A stretch of DNA of 59,268 nt, from contig JACZRI010000004.1 of the NCBI GenBank assembly GCA_022574775.1, positions 1 to 59,268 of the forward strand. The letters run 5' to 3'. The notes under the pieces were generated by a model. The model was not told the DNA's origin and did not search any database. It worked only from the letters and a program-made list of their open reading frames with translations. Origin of the DNA: Patescibacteria group bacterium. GTDB taxonomy: Bacteria; Patescibacteriota; Minisyncoccia; Minisyncoccales; RBG-13-36-15. The position numbers and the translations under genes were made by a program. Shown piece after piece: positions 28,667 through 39,074 of the stretch; position 1 is the first letter of the stretch; every line of letters starts with the position of its first letter.

Positions 28667-29542
28667 TCAAAATGTTTGTTTTAAGTATTGTTTAAGATTA
28701 GGTCCTATCTCCGGGTGTTTTAGCGAAAGATATAAATTTGACTTAATCCAGTCTAATTTATTTCCGCATTCTAACCATTTACCTTCAATTTCATATCCAT
28801 AAATTATTTTACCATTTTTTATCATTTCAAACAAAGCATCGGCGAATAAAATTTCCCCTTCTTGGGAAAACGGCATCATTTTTAAATAATCAAAAACTTC
28901 AGGAGTAATAATATATTTACCTACAATTGCCAGGTCAGAAGGTAGTTTTTCAAGAGAGGGTTTTTCTACAATTTCCTTGATTTTGTAAAGACGGCTTGCG
29001 ATTTTCTCAGTTTTTACCACACCGTAAGCAGAGAGTTTTTCTTGTGGAAGGCGATAAAGTGCAACAACTGGTTTTTGACAGGTTTTAAAGACAGTCATCA
29101 ACTGTGAAAGGCATGGAGTTTTTGAATCAACAACGTCGTCTGCAAATAGAATTGCGCATGACTCTCTGCCTATCTTCTTTTTTGCGAGCAATATGGCATG
29201 GCCGTCACCCAAAGGTTTTTTTTGCAAGACATAAGAAAATGAGATATCCTCAGAAAGTTCTTGCAGGCTCTTGAGCTCTGGCAAAAGATAGCTTCGTTTT
29301 TTTTCTTTCAGGATTTTTTCCAACTTGTGAGGTTTTTGGAAGTAATCCAAAATAAATTTCTTTTCTGGAGATATGACAAAAATTATTTCCTCAATGCCTG
29401 AATTTTTAGCTTCCTCGACAATATATTGAAGCACTGGTTTGTCAACTAAAGGCCAAAGTTCTTTTGGCACGATTTTGCTCAAGGGCAAAAATCTTGTCCC
29501 GAGCCCTGCTATTGGAATGATAGCTTTTTTAATATCTGACAT
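28667..29542 (-). CDS. galU: UTP-glucose-1-phosphate uridylyltransferase
   Basis: AGLGTRFLP..K..PKE, LGDGHA, VEKP. Confidence 0.92.
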   Translation of the reverse strand: MSDIKKAIIPIAGLGTRFLPLSKIVPKELWPLVDKPVLQYIVEEAKNSGIEEIIFVISPEKKFILDYFQKPHKLEKILKEKKRSYLLPELKSLQELSEDISFSYVLQKKPLGDGHAILLAKKKIGRESCAILFADDVVDSKTPCLSQLMTVFKTCQKPVVALYRLPQEKLSAYGVVKTEKIASRLYKIKEIVEKPSLEKLPSDLAIVGKYIITPEVFDYLKMMPFSQEGEILFADALFEMIKNGKIIYGYEIEGKWLECGNKLDWIKSNLYLSLKHPEIGPNLKQYLKQTF

Positions 29543-29630
29543 GCCTTTTTATTTTACCATAAAGTGAAATAAAAAGAGTGGCCCAAATCGGCTTACTCTT
29601 TTTATATCAAAACTTATTTTAGAATATATT

Positions 29631-31169
29631 TTATGCCTTTTTCCTACGCAAGAAAGCTGGAACATCCCATTCAGCGTCATATTTTAAATATTCTTTTTCG
29701 GTTTTCTCGGTGTCTCTTTTAAGATCCAGGGCATTCCTTCTTGTTATAGTTTCTTTTGTTATAGTTTCTTTTGTTATAGTTTCTGCCTTGCGTTCTGGAG
29801 AAGATGTTGGATTTTTATCAGAATCTGTGTTTTCTGTTGTTTTCTTTTTTTGAACCGGCTGAATAGAAACCTTCGATTTAGGTCTCTGAGGCTTTGGTTT
29901 AATCCTTTTATTTTTACTCTCAGCTTTCCTTTTTTTTGTTTCTGGATCTGGCTGTGTGATTTTGACGATTTCTTTAATCTCTGAAATTTTTCTCCTAATC
30001 TTGTGGATGGAAATTTTAGACTTTTCTCCACAACCCACTGCCAGTAGTGTAATCTTTATTTTACCCCTATATTTTTCATTCTCTGATATCCCAAAAATAA
30101 TCTTTGCCATTCTATTGGAGTCTGCAATAGATCTGCTAATTTTTTCAACCTCGGTAATCTTTAAATCCTTACCGCCTGTGATATTAAATAGAATCTTATC
30201 TGCTCCGGTAATATTGTATTCATAAAAAGGCTTTTCCAAGATTTTCTTTGCTCCTTCTTCAGCCCTATTTTCCCCTTGAACTACAACTGTATTTAAGAAG
30301 GCTAATGCGCCTTTACCAGAAAGAATGGTTTTTAAATCTGCAAAGTCAATATTAATCAAGCCGGGAGAGAACAACATTTCAATCAATCCTTTTATGTCAT
30401 CAGCTAAAATTTTATTAACAACAGAAAAAGCCTCTCTGAGCGCTGTTTTTTGAGAAATTACTTGAAAAATCTTTTCGTTAGGAAAAATGATAACTGCATT
30501 TAGATGCGGCCTTATTTTTTCCAAAGCATTCTCCGCTATTTCTAATCTTTTGCTTCCTTCAAATGCAAAAGGAAGAGTAAATATACCCAAGGTATAATTT
30601 TTTAAATCCCTGGCTGATTCGGCAAAAATTGGAGTGGCTCCAGCCCCAGTTCCACCACCTAAACAAGAAATTAAGATTGAGAAATCCTGGTCCCGAAAGA
30701 TTTTTTTAATTCTTTCTATTTCTGCAGAAGCTGCTTTTTCGCCTTTTTCAGGATTCATTCCTGTTCCTAAGCCTTGAGTTAAGCTTCGGCCAAATTGAAA
30801 CTTCTCTATTCCTTTAGCTGATTTTTTCAAAGCCTGTACGTCGGTGTTCGCCGCTAAAAACTTTATTTTATTTAATTTCGGGGCAATTTCTGAGATAATT
30901 GAGCCTCCGCCGCCGCCAATACCAATTATCTTCATCTTGATTTTTCTTATTCGTAAATCAAGACCCTTCTCCTGGAGAGTGGGTCTTTTGACTTTCTTTG
31001 TTCTTTTTCGCTTTATTTTTATCTGCTTTTTTCGTCTTGTCTTCGGACGTGCTTTTTGTAAACTGCGAGATGCTCGTTTCTTATTTTTTTTTCTTTTACT
31101 GAATATTTTGGCAGAGCGTTTTTTCTGCGAGTGTGTTAAAGATGAACGTTTTGAGGATTTTTTTGCCAT
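29631..31169 (-). CDS. ftsZ: FtsZ family protein with long basic N-terminal extension
   Basis: ANTD, GGGTGAG, PFAFEG, INIDFAD, C-terminal DVPAFLRR. Confidence 0.9.
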   Translation of the reverse strand: MAKKSSKRSSLTHSQKKRSAKIFSKRKKNKKRASRSLQKARPKTRRKKQIKIKRKRTKKVKRPTLQEKGLDLRIRKIKMKIIGIGGGGGSIISEIAPKLNKIKFLAANTDVQALKKSAKGIEKFQFGRSLTQGLGTGMNPEKGEKAASAEIERIKKIFRDQDFSILISCLGGGTGAGATPIFAESARDLKNYTLGIFTLPFAFEGSKRLEIAENALEKIRPHLNAVIIFPNEKIFQVISQKTALREAFSVVNKILADDIKGLIEMLFSPGLINIDFADLKTILSGKGALAFLNTVVVQGENRAEEGAKKILEKPFYEYNITGADKILFNITGGKDLKITEVEKISRSIADSNRMAKIIFGISENEKYRGKIKITLLAVGCGEKSKISIHKIRRKISEIKEIVKITQPDPETKKRKAESKNKRIKPKPQRPKSKVSIQPVQKKKTTENTDSDKNPTSSPERKAETITKETITKETITRRNALDLKRDTEKTEKEYLKYDAEWDVPAFLRRKKA

Positions 31170-31231
31170 TACTCTAATATAGAATTTGAAGAAAGACCTG
31201 TCAACTGAAAATTACTTCACCTATATAACAA

Positions 31232-31262
31232 CAAAAAAGCGGCTCTCTGTTTTTGAACCGCT
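31232..31262 (-). terminator. Intrinsic terminator
   Basis: AGCGGTTC...GAGCCGCT-TTTTT on the - strand. Confidence 0.7.
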
Positions 31263-31431
31263 ATTTTAATGAATGTTTTGCTAACTCTCTTGCTAGTTTT
31301 ATAAGCCTTGTTTTTTCATTAAAAGCATTTGTACATTTTCGACAAGTACTGTGAGTAATTCCTCCTTCTACTTCTCCTTCTTTTTTTCCTATTTCTTTTC
31401 CGCAATCGGCACAGATAATTTTAATTGTCAT
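31261..31431 (-). CDS. Small zinc-ribbon protein (56 aa, not in ORF track)
   Basis: MTIKIICADCGKEIGKKEGEVEGGITHSTCRKCTNAF...; CxxC and HxxCxxC. Confidence 0.75.
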   Translation of the reverse strand: MTIKIICADCGKEIGKKEGEVEGGITHSTCRKCTNAFNEKTRLIKLARELAKHSLK

Positions 31432-31667
31432 TTTCAAATCCCTTTATGTTTTGAAGAGTCAAAATTGTTTCCTGTCCGCGTCTGGCTTATCCCTTCTTTT
31501 GTTTTCAAGGTGCTTACCTCCTTTTTATATTTTTAACATAAATTATACAGTAATGTCAAGCAAAAACAAAAAACGGTTTGATATTATTACACCGTTTTTA
31601 ATACTTATTTTAATGCTTACAAATTATCTCTAGTCGTTCAGCGCTTGTCCAAAACTGAGGACAACAA

Positions 31668-32120
31668 CTATTTAATTTCAAGAATTTTATATTCAATCTG
31701 CCCTGACGGAGTTTTAAGCATTACTTTACTGCCTTTGGTTTTGCCTAGAATAATTTTCCCCAAAGGGGATTGATAGGAAATTTTATTATTAGCAATATCT
31801 GCTTCGTTAGGATCGACAATTTGAAATTCTTCTTTTTCATTGCCAGAGTTGAGTAAAACAGTTGAACCAACCTGAATTTCTCCTTTATTATTTTCCTTAA
31901 TTAATTTAGCCGTAGAAATAATTTCTCTTAATTCTGAAATCCTGCCCTCTAAAAAACCTTGGGCTTCTTTTGCCTCGTCATAGGCTGCGTTCTCTTTAAG
32001 GTCGCCAAATGCAGCAGTATGTTTTATTCTTTTTGCAATTTCTTTTCTTTTAACATTTTTTAAATAATCCAACTCTTTTTTTAGTTTTTCCAAGCCTTCA
32101 GGCGTTAAATATCTTGTCAT
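31668..32120 (-). CDS. greA: Transcription elongation factor GreA
   Basis: LTPEG, GDLKENAAY, ISYQSPLG. Confidence 0.97.
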   Translation of the reverse strand: MTRYLTPEGLEKLKKELDYLKNVKRKEIAKRIKHTAAFGDLKENAAYDEAKEAQGFLEGRISELREIISTAKLIKENNKGEIQVGSTVLLNSGNEKEEFQIVDPNEADIANNKISYQSPLGKIILGKTKGSKVMLKTPSGQIEYKILEIK

Positions 32121-32124
32121 AAAA

Positions 32125-32730
32125 CTATTTGTCCGTTATTTTAATGCTTTCAACAATTATGTCATCAATCGGGCGGTTCGGACCTTCTGTGGTTACATTT
32201 TCAATGCTTTCAACAACATCAATTCCCTCTATTACTTTGCCAAAAACAGTATGCTTGGCGTCAAGATGATTATTATCAACAGTATTGATAAAAAATTGGC
32301 TGCCATTGGTGTTCGGTCCGGCATTAGCCATAGCAATTGTGCCTTTTACATTATGATTATTTGAATGAATCTCGTCAGAAAAGGTATAACCCGGCCCACC
32401 AGTTCCCCACTTGTCTTTAAGAGAATTGTCCTTACTGAAAGGATCGCCGCCTTGAATCATAAACCCTTTAATAACCCTGTGGAATTTTGTGCCGTCATAA
32501 AAACCGGATTCAGCAAGTTTGATGAAATTCTCTACTGTTTCAGGAGCTGCAGATGTGAATAGCTCTAACTTAATTTCACCAAAATTGGTCTGCATTATTG
32601 CAATCATATCAGCTTTAGGCGAAGTTACGATATTATTGTCCGTGGATTCTTTTCCCCCGTCTCGGGCAAGAAAAAAATAACCCCCAAAAATTAAAATAAT
32701 TAATATTAATAAAATATAAATTTTATTCAT
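32125..32730 (-). CDS. Cyclophilin-type peptidyl-prolyl isomerase, membrane-anchored
   Basis: FHRVI..FMIQGGD, AMANAGPNTNGSQFFI. Confidence 0.96.
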   Translation of the reverse strand: MNKIYILLILIILIFGGYFFLARDGGKESTDNNIVTSPKADMIAIMQTNFGEIKLELFTSAAPETVENFIKLAESGFYDGTKFHRVIKGFMIQGGDPFSKDNSLKDKWGTGGPGYTFSDEIHSNNHNVKGTIAMANAGPNTNGSQFFINTVDNNHLDAKHTVFGKVIEGIDVVESIENVTTEGPNRPIDDIIVESIKITDK

Positions 32731-32739
32731 ACAAAAACA

Positions 32740-32820
32740 TTATCTTTTTCTTTTAAAGATGTTTTTGGGCAATCTTCTTTTTAATCTTTGTTTTCTTCTA
32801 GCTTTTTTACTTTTTGCCAT
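32740..32820 (-). CDS. Putative 26-aa Arg/Lys-rich peptide
   Basis: MAKSKKARRKQRLKRRLPKNIFKRKR; TATAAT-like -10 just upstream; stop 9 nt before the ppi start. Confidence 0.5.
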   Translation of the reverse strand: MAKSKKARRKQRLKRRLPKNIFKRKR

Positions 32821-32922
32821 ATTTCTATTATATTATTCTAATCTTTTTAGAAATAAAAATCAACTCGCCTTTAAGAAAACAAAAGATACCTGCTTGAACA
32901 AATAAAAGCCCTCCTAATTGGA

Positions 32923-34149
32923 TTAAGAGGGTTTGCTTTGAGCAAATTTTTGCCTTACGTAGTTTTCCAAAATCTTAATGAAATCTTGTACAATAGTAGG
33001 TCCACTTAGAGTAGTGTGTAGTTCTCCATCTATAAACACTGGAGCTTTTGGGTTTTCCCCGGTGCCGGGCAAAGAAATTCCAATATCTGCATATTTTGAT
33101 TCTCCCGGCCCGTTCACTACACACCCCATTACTGCAACTTTCAGGCTTTCAACCCCTGGGTATTCAGTTTTCCATCGTTTCATCTGTTGCGCGATACTCT
33201 GATTAACCTCTTCTGTCATTTCCATAAAAAATGTGCTTGTCGTACGGCCGCATCCAGGGCACGCTGAAACAGAAGGCGTAAAAGCACGTATTCCTAATGA
33301 CTGAAGAATGTGCTGGCATATACGAACTTCTGTGGCGCGATCTTCACCGGGAGCTGGAGTCAATGAAACTCGAATCGTATCCCCTATTCCTTCAGACAAC
33401 AATGTGGTAAGCGCTGCTGTTGAAGCAATAATACCTTGAAGCCCCATCCCGGCTTCAGTAAGCCCGATGTGGAGTGGGTAATCACACAAACCGGCCAGTA
33501 TCTGATTAGCTTTCACCACATCAGGAACGGAAGAAAGTTTTACGCTCAAGATAATTTTATTATGCGCTAAACCGAACTCCTCTGCCATACGTGCTGACTG
33601 TAGGGCGCTCTCAACCACTACATCCAAAAGCACCTCATGGGCATCCTTTGGCACAGGCAATCTTGCATTTTTATCCATTAATCGGGTAAGAAGGTGTTGA
33701 TCAACCGATCCCCAATTCACTCCAATGCGAACTGGTTTTTCATTTTGTATTGCAATCTCAATCATTTGTCGGAAATTAGCATTCCGCCCCATATTTCCAG
33801 GATTAATGCGGTATTTATCAAGAAAGCTGGCGCAGGATGGGAAATCACGCAAAAGGATATGCCCGTTATAGTGAAAATCACCAATAATGGGAACTTCCAC
33901 TCCGTCTCTTGCAAGTAATTCTTTAATAATGTCAACTGCAGCTGCAGCTTCTTTTGTGTTCACCGTAATGCGCACAAGTTCAGATCCTGCTTCTCCGAGT
34001 TCTTTGATTTGTTTTACTGTGGCTTCAATATCCGCAGTATCAGTATTGGTCATTGACTGAATTCGTATTGGATTTGATCCTCCAATACCAATCCCGCCAA
34101 CATCAACTGTTTGGGAAAAACGCCTTGTTGCAGAATTTTGTTCTGTCAT
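32923..34149 (-). CDS. ispG: HMBPP synthase
   Basis: [49 protein letters not shown]. Confidence 0.97.
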   Translation of the reverse strand: MTEQNSATRRFSQTVDVGGIGIGGSNPIRIQSMTNTDTADIEATVKQIKELGEAGSELVRITVNTKEAAAAVDIIKELLARDGVEVPIIGDFHYNGHILLRDFPSCASFLDKYRINPGNMGRNANFRQMIEIAIQNEKPVRIGVNWGSVDQHLLTRLMDKNARLPVPKDAHEVLLDVVVESALQSARMAEEFGLAHNKIILSVKLSSVPDVVKANQILAGLCDYPLHIGLTEAGMGLQGIIASTAALTTLLSEGIGDTIRVSLTPAPGEDRATEVRICQHILQSLGIRAFTPSVSACPGCGRTTSTFFMEMTEEVNQSIAQQMKRWKTEYPGVESLKVAVMGCVVNGPGESKYADIGISLPGTGENPKAPVFIDGELHTTLSGPTIVQDFIKILENYVRQKFAQSKPS

Positions 34150-34226
34150 CTCTTACACCTCCGTTTTGTAAATGTCCTATTTTCACTATACAAAATTTCT
34201 AACCAAAATCAAGCTTGATGAAAAAC

Positions 34227-34260
34227 AAAAAGGCGGTGAGAATGTTATCGCACCGCTTTT
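34227..34260 (-). terminator. Terminator family C, copy 1
   Basis: GCGGTG...CACCGCC-TTTTT on the - strand; near-identical copies at 52066 and 53130. Confidence 0.8.
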
Positions 34261-34262
34261 GA

Positions 34263-35255
34263 TTAAGTTAATTCGCTTATGGTTCTTCGAATTTGTGCAA
34301 CATCAAGTCCTTTTTCCTCAGCTTTCAACACTAACTCCTCTGGGAATTTAAAAGGAGAAACATCTTCTTCAACAACTGCCAGTTCTTCGATACTGCCAGC
34401 TCCCTGTTTTTCTAAATAATCTAATACTTCTTTCACAAGCTTTTCTGGCGTTGATGCTCCTGAGGTGACCAGGACTGTTTTCACTCCTTTAAGCCAATCA
34501 ACATAGATATCGTTTGCTCGAGCTATAAGATGGGCCTCTTTTGCCCCATATGCTTTTGCAACTTCCCGTAAACGATTGCTGTTTGAACTTTCTTGCGAGC
34601 CTACAACGAGCACCAAATCTGCTTTCTTTGCAAGCTCTTTGACCGCAGCCTGGCGGTTATCAGTTGCATAACAGATATCTTTTTTTTCCAAAAGCTTTGG
34701 GAAGCGTTGTCGGAGAACTCTGGTGACATCTTCAACGTCATCTTCAGAAAGTGTTGTCTGGGTAAGCCTGACTACTCTGCTGGGATCTGGAACCTGAACA
34801 GCTTTTGCTTCTTCTGTGGTCTCAACAAATCGCCTTTGTAGTTTTGGGATACGCCCTAATACTCCCCGAGGCTCAATATGGTCGCGATGACCAACAACGA
34901 TAATAGTGTATTTTTGTTTAGCGTATTTAATGGCTTCGTTGTGAACCTTGAGAACCAACGGACAGACAGCATCAATCACTTCAATTTCTCTTGCTTCAGC
35001 AATCTCATAATCTTCAGGCGGAGATCCATGGGCCGAGAACACAGCTACTGCTCCCGAAGGAATTTCCTCTACCGTTTCAACGAAAATTACTCCTTTTTCT
35101 TGAAAATGCTGAACTATAAAGTCATTGTGCACGATCTGATGTTTCATGTAAATCGGGGGACCGTAGATTTCAAGTACAATCTCTAAAAGATCGACCGCCA
35201 TCTCCACGCCTCCGCAAAAACCACGGGGTTTAGCCACGAAAACCTCAAAAACCAT
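34263..35255 (-). CDS. ispH: HMBPP reductase
   Basis: PRGFCGGV, IVHN, SAHG, DAVCPLV, QTT, ICYAT, SSNS, GASTP. Confidence 0.97.
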   Translation of the reverse strand: MVFEVFVAKPRGFCGGVEMAVDLLEIVLEIYGPPIYMKHQIVHNDFIVQHFQEKGVIFVETVEEIPSGAVAVFSAHGSPPEDYEIAEAREIEVIDAVCPLVLKVHNEAIKYAKQKYTIIVVGHRDHIEPRGVLGRIPKLQRRFVETTEEAKAVQVPDPSRVVRLTQTTLSEDDVEDVTRVLRQRFPKLLEKKDICYATDNRQAAVKELAKKADLVLVVGSQESSNSNRLREVAKAYGAKEAHLIARANDIYVDWLKGVKTVLVTSGASTPEKLVKEVLDYLEKQGAGSIEELAVVEEDVSPFKFPEELVLKAEEKGLDVAQIRRTISELT

Positions 35256-35473
35256 AAAATCCCTCCTTGGAAAGTTTGACTTTCCTTGTTGATAATGTGC
35301 TACCTAACGAACTATTTTAAGATTATTATAGATATATTTTTTTGTCAAACCGCGTCTAACGTGGTCAAGCAAAAACCGCCTTCTTGGCGATTTGTTGCAA
35401 ATCTAAAGAGACCATTCAAGGCTAAGATTTAATAAAATAGATTGGGCGTAGGGGCGGTCTTTGATTATACATA

Positions 35474-37345
35474 TTATTTATTTTTGAGCGAAGCGAGAAA
35501 ACAAGGTTCTTGCGTTGAAGGCGAAAGATTCTTATTTTCTCGTTTTGCTCTTGCACGATCTGTTTCTGTAAGATATTCCTTTCGCAACCTTACACTTTCA
35601 GGGGTTATTTCTAGATATTCGTCTTTATCCATTATCTCTAACCCCGTTTCAATGGTTATAATTTGAGGATGCGTAAGGTTAATCGCTTTGTCAGCAGCAC
35701 CAGCTCGCACATTGGTGAGATGCTTGCCTTTGACTGGATTCACCGTCATTTGCCCTCCTTTTGCTGTGTTTCCAATTACCATACCCTCATACACTTCGGT
35801 GTTTTCTTTAATATACAAGGTACCTCTGGTTTGCAAGTTATCTAGTGAATAGGCCGATGCTTTGCCGGTTACCCCGGAAATAATCGACCCCACTTTTCTA
35901 TGTGTAATTTCTCCCGCGTATGGACGGTACCCAACAACCCAGCTTGTTAAAATTCCGTTTCCTTTCGTGTCTGTAATAAATTGGTTTCTGTATCCAAATA
36001 AACCGCGGCTTGGACCTTTGAACTGCATAAAAGAACGGCCTTCTTTTAACTCCATATGTACCAGTTGCGCTTTACGAGAACTTAACTTTTTAATAACTAT
36101 TCCTTGAAACTCTTCTGGCACATCTGCTATAATTTCTTCAAATGGTTCATACTTTTTGCCGTCAATTTCTTTTATAATGACCTGAGGCTGAGAAACTTGG
36201 ATCTCATACCCTTCTCTACGCATGTTTTCGATAAGAATAGCTATATGTAATTCCCCTCTTCCATATACGACAAATCGTCCGACGCTTTCGCGTGCTTGTC
36301 CTGAACTTATCGAAGGATCAAAATCTATTTTTAACCCTACGTTTACTTCGAGCTCTTTTTCTAAACGTTCTCGAAGTTGTCTACTTGTTACAAACTTTCC
36401 TTCGCGTCCAGCGAACGGAGAGTCGTTCGCTGAAAACGTAAGTTCAATAGTGGGTTCGTCTACTGTAATAGCATCTAAAAGTTTAGCTTCCGCCGAATCT
36501 GCAACAGTGTCTCCAATGTATATGTCAGACAATCCGGCAATAATAACAATATCTCCCGCTTCAGCTGTTTGTGAATCTTTTCTAACAATGCCTTCAAATG
36601 TAAATAATTTTGTCACCTTATGACTTGTAGTTTGCCCAGAATGCTTTTTTACATATACAGTATCCCCAATATCAATACTGCCGCTATACACACGAACAAT
36701 TGCAAGTCGCCCCAAAAAATTGTCATACGCCAAATTAAAAGATTGAGCGCGAAACGGCTTGTTGCTATCTTTTGAAGCTATCGGTACATGCTCTAAAATT
36801 ATATCTAATACCGGAGTAATATCTTTTGCTTTATCAGCAAGGTTGCGTTTTGCAATACCATCTCTTGCAATAGTGTATATTACTGGGAAATCGAGTTGCT
36901 CGTCGGTCGCTCCAAGCTCTGCAAACAATTCAAATACCTTGTTATGCACACGATCTGGGTTTGCTGCCGGATTATCTATTTTGTTAATTATTAGTATGGG
37001 CCTCAATCCGAGCTCCAGAGACTTTTTTAATACAAAACGAGTTTGTGGCATTGGGCCTTCTTGCGCATCCACCACCAACAAGACTGAATCAATAGAGAGC
37101 AATACTCTTTCTACCTCAGAGCCAAAATCTGCGTGCCCCGGCGTATCTACAATGTTAATTTTGGTACCTTTATACAGCACAGCAGCATTCTTTGAGTAAA
37201 TCGTAATTCCACGCTCTTTTTCAAGCGTGTTTGAGTCCATGCTTACTTCACTATCTGCGGCACCTGTTTGCCGTAAAATAGCTTCGGTAAGCGTTGTTTT
37301 CCCATGATCAATATGGGCTATAATAGCGACATTTCGAATTTCCAT
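35474..37345 (-). CDS. typA: Translational GTPase TypA/BipA
   Basis: IAHIDHGKTT, ERGITI, DTPGH, GRGELH, EITPESVRLRK. Confidence 0.97.
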   Translation of the reverse strand: MEIRNVAIIAHIDHGKTTLTEAILRQTGAADSEVSMDSNTLEKERGITIYSKNAAVLYKGTKINIVDTPGHADFGSEVERVLLSIDSVLLVVDAQEGPMPQTRFVLKKSLELGLRPILIINKIDNPAANPDRVHNKVFELFAELGATDEQLDFPVIYTIARDGIAKRNLADKAKDITPVLDIILEHVPIASKDSNKPFRAQSFNLAYDNFLGRLAIVRVYSGSIDIGDTVYVKKHSGQTTSHKVTKLFTFEGIVRKDSQTAEAGDIVIIAGLSDIYIGDTVADSAEAKLLDAITVDEPTIELTFSANDSPFAGREGKFVTSRQLRERLEKELEVNVGLKIDFDPSISSGQARESVGRFVVYGRGELHIAILIENMRREGYEIQVSQPQVIIKEIDGKKYEPFEEIIADVPEEFQGIVIKKLSSRKAQLVHMELKEGRSFMQFKGPSRGLFGYRNQFITDTKGNGILTSWVVGYRPYAGEITHRKVGSIISGVTGKASAYSLDNLQTRGTLYIKENTEVYEGMVIGNTAKGGQMTVNPVKGKHLTNVRAGAADKAINLTHPQIITIETGLEIMDKDEYLEITPESVRLRKEYLTETDRARAKRENKNLSPSTQEPCFLASLKNK

Positions 37346-37600
37346 GTTGGCAAATTTAGCTTAATGAAGGATTTGAGCCTAAATTTATTTCGCTCGCTCG
37401 GAAATACAAAAGCAAGCTTTTGTATTTCTCTTAAATTGCTCACAAATAAAAAATCTCCTCGACAATATAAAGAGATCGCGGCAGCTCCGTGAACGAGCGA
37501 AACCATAAATAGTTCTCGTAATTTTGTCTCCTTGTAAAGCTTTACTGGCGGTTTCTCGAATAGAATGTCTTTAACAGTATCATATTTGCTCCCGCTTGTC

Positions 37601-37730
37601 AACCCATTCGAGACCCCGATGGCAAGTATCGGGGCTTGCCTCAGGGTTGACACTGAACGATAAGCCCTTCGGGTTTGTTCGACTCTGAATCCCCAATGCC
37701 AAGCATTGGGGCTTGTCGTCGAAGTGTCAA
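37601..37730. repeat. Composite REP-like palindromic element
   Basis: CCCCGATG..TATCGGGG and CCCCAATG..CATTGGGG hairpins; TTGACAC..GTGTCAA arms. Confidence 0.65.
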
Positions 37731-37833
37731 GGAAGGCTTTTTCATTTGATTGCCCTACTAAAAAACAGTTCTCCTTAACAGAGTTGCTGTGGGTTAACCA
37801 TCTTGGCGATTTTTATTACCCTACTCTGCTGCT

Positions 37834-39072
37834 TTATTCATACCTTAATGCTTCAATCGGGCTTTTGAGAGAGGCCTGACGGGCGGGATAAATGCCGAAA
37901 ATAAGACCAACAAACACGGCAACTCCCAAACCCAAAAGAGCGGCCGAGATAGGAAATGTAAAAGACCAGGTAAGATTTAGGACTCGACCAAGAATTATTG
38001 AAGTGGCAAATGATAATAGACCGCCGAACAAAATACCTACTACTCCGCCGGCAAGGGTGAGAAATACTGCTTCCAATAAAAATTGGGTCAAAATATCTTT
38101 GTTTGTTGCGCCTACTGCCTTTCGAAGCCCAATTTCTCGCGTGCGTTCGGTTACGGAAACAAGCATTATATTCATGATACCGATCCCTCCGACAACGAGC
38201 GATATCGCTGCAACTGCGACAAGGAGAGCGGTAAGTATTCCCGTAATTGTCCCTACACGCTCGGCAATATCAGCCTGTGTGGTGACATGGAAATCGTCTT
38301 TTTCAGGATCGGTAATGTTATGCAGTTCTCGAAGAGTAAGCTTGATGTCGCGAGCAGTGCGTTCAACCATTGCCTCGGATTCAGCACTTACTAAAATAAA
38401 ATTGTAATGACTTATTCCCAGAAGATACTGTTGGGCTGTCGATACTGGTATCATGACTTGCTCATCAATGTTAAAAAATCCTTTTTGACCCAATGGTGCA
38501 AATGCCCCAATCACTTTGAAATTTCTTGTGCCGACTTTAATGGTTTCCCCTACTGCGTCCGAGGAGCCGAAGAGTTCTTTTTTGACCTCTGAACCTATGA
38601 CGGCAACGCTTGCGCGGGATCGCACATCAGTTTTCGTGAAAAAAGATCCCTGCCCTGGCTGTATTTCAAATATATTAAGGATACTCGGTGTGGTTCCTAA
38701 AATGCCGGCATTTTTTGTCTCATTCCGAAAAAGGATGGTGGCAGAACTGATAACAGTTGGAGTAACATCCTCAACTCCTCTCACGAGGGCGGGGTTTTCT
38801 ATGGCCTTTACCTCGCGATCTTTGAGTGAAGTAGTAAAAATTGCTCCGAATTCTGAAGGTCCGCGCGGTTCTCTTCCCGGCTCCACAGTGATCGTGCGTG
38901 AACCAATCCCTTGGATTTGAGCTAAAATAAGATTTGTAGCTCCTTGGCTTATAGACATAACCAAAATAATTGCTGTAATCCCAATAACAATTCCGAGTAT
39001 CGTAAGAGCGGAACGAGACTTATTTGTCTTAATCCCAGAAAGAGAAGTTTTCAAACTGTTTTTTAGGTTCAT
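37834..39072 (-). CDS. MacB/FtsX-type ABC permease
   Basis: RSALTILGI, GIGIMNIMLVSVTERTREIGLRKAVGA, PIEALRYE. Confidence 0.95.
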   Translation of the reverse strand: MNLKNSLKTSLSGIKTNKSRSALTILGIVIGITAIILVMSISQGATNLILAQIQGIGSRTITVEPGREPRGPSEFGAIFTTSLKDREVKAIENPALVRGVEDVTPTVISSATILFRNETKNAGILGTTPSILNIFEIQPGQGSFFTKTDVRSRASVAVIGSEVKKELFGSSDAVGETIKVGTRNFKVIGAFAPLGQKGFFNIDEQVMIPVSTAQQYLLGISHYNFILVSAESEAMVERTARDIKLTLRELHNITDPEKDDFHVTTQADIAERVGTITGILTALLVAVAAISLVVGGIGIMNIMLVSVTERTREIGLRKAVGATNKDILTQFLLEAVFLTLAGGVVGILFGGLLSFATSIILGRVLNLTWSFTFPISAALLGLGVAVFVGLIFGIYPARQASLKSPIEALRYE

Positions 39073-39074
39073 GG

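Noticed and set aside
37318..37653. 111-aa ORF upstream of typA
   Set aside because: Starts inside a REP-like repeat and overlaps typA; likely a shadow ORF.
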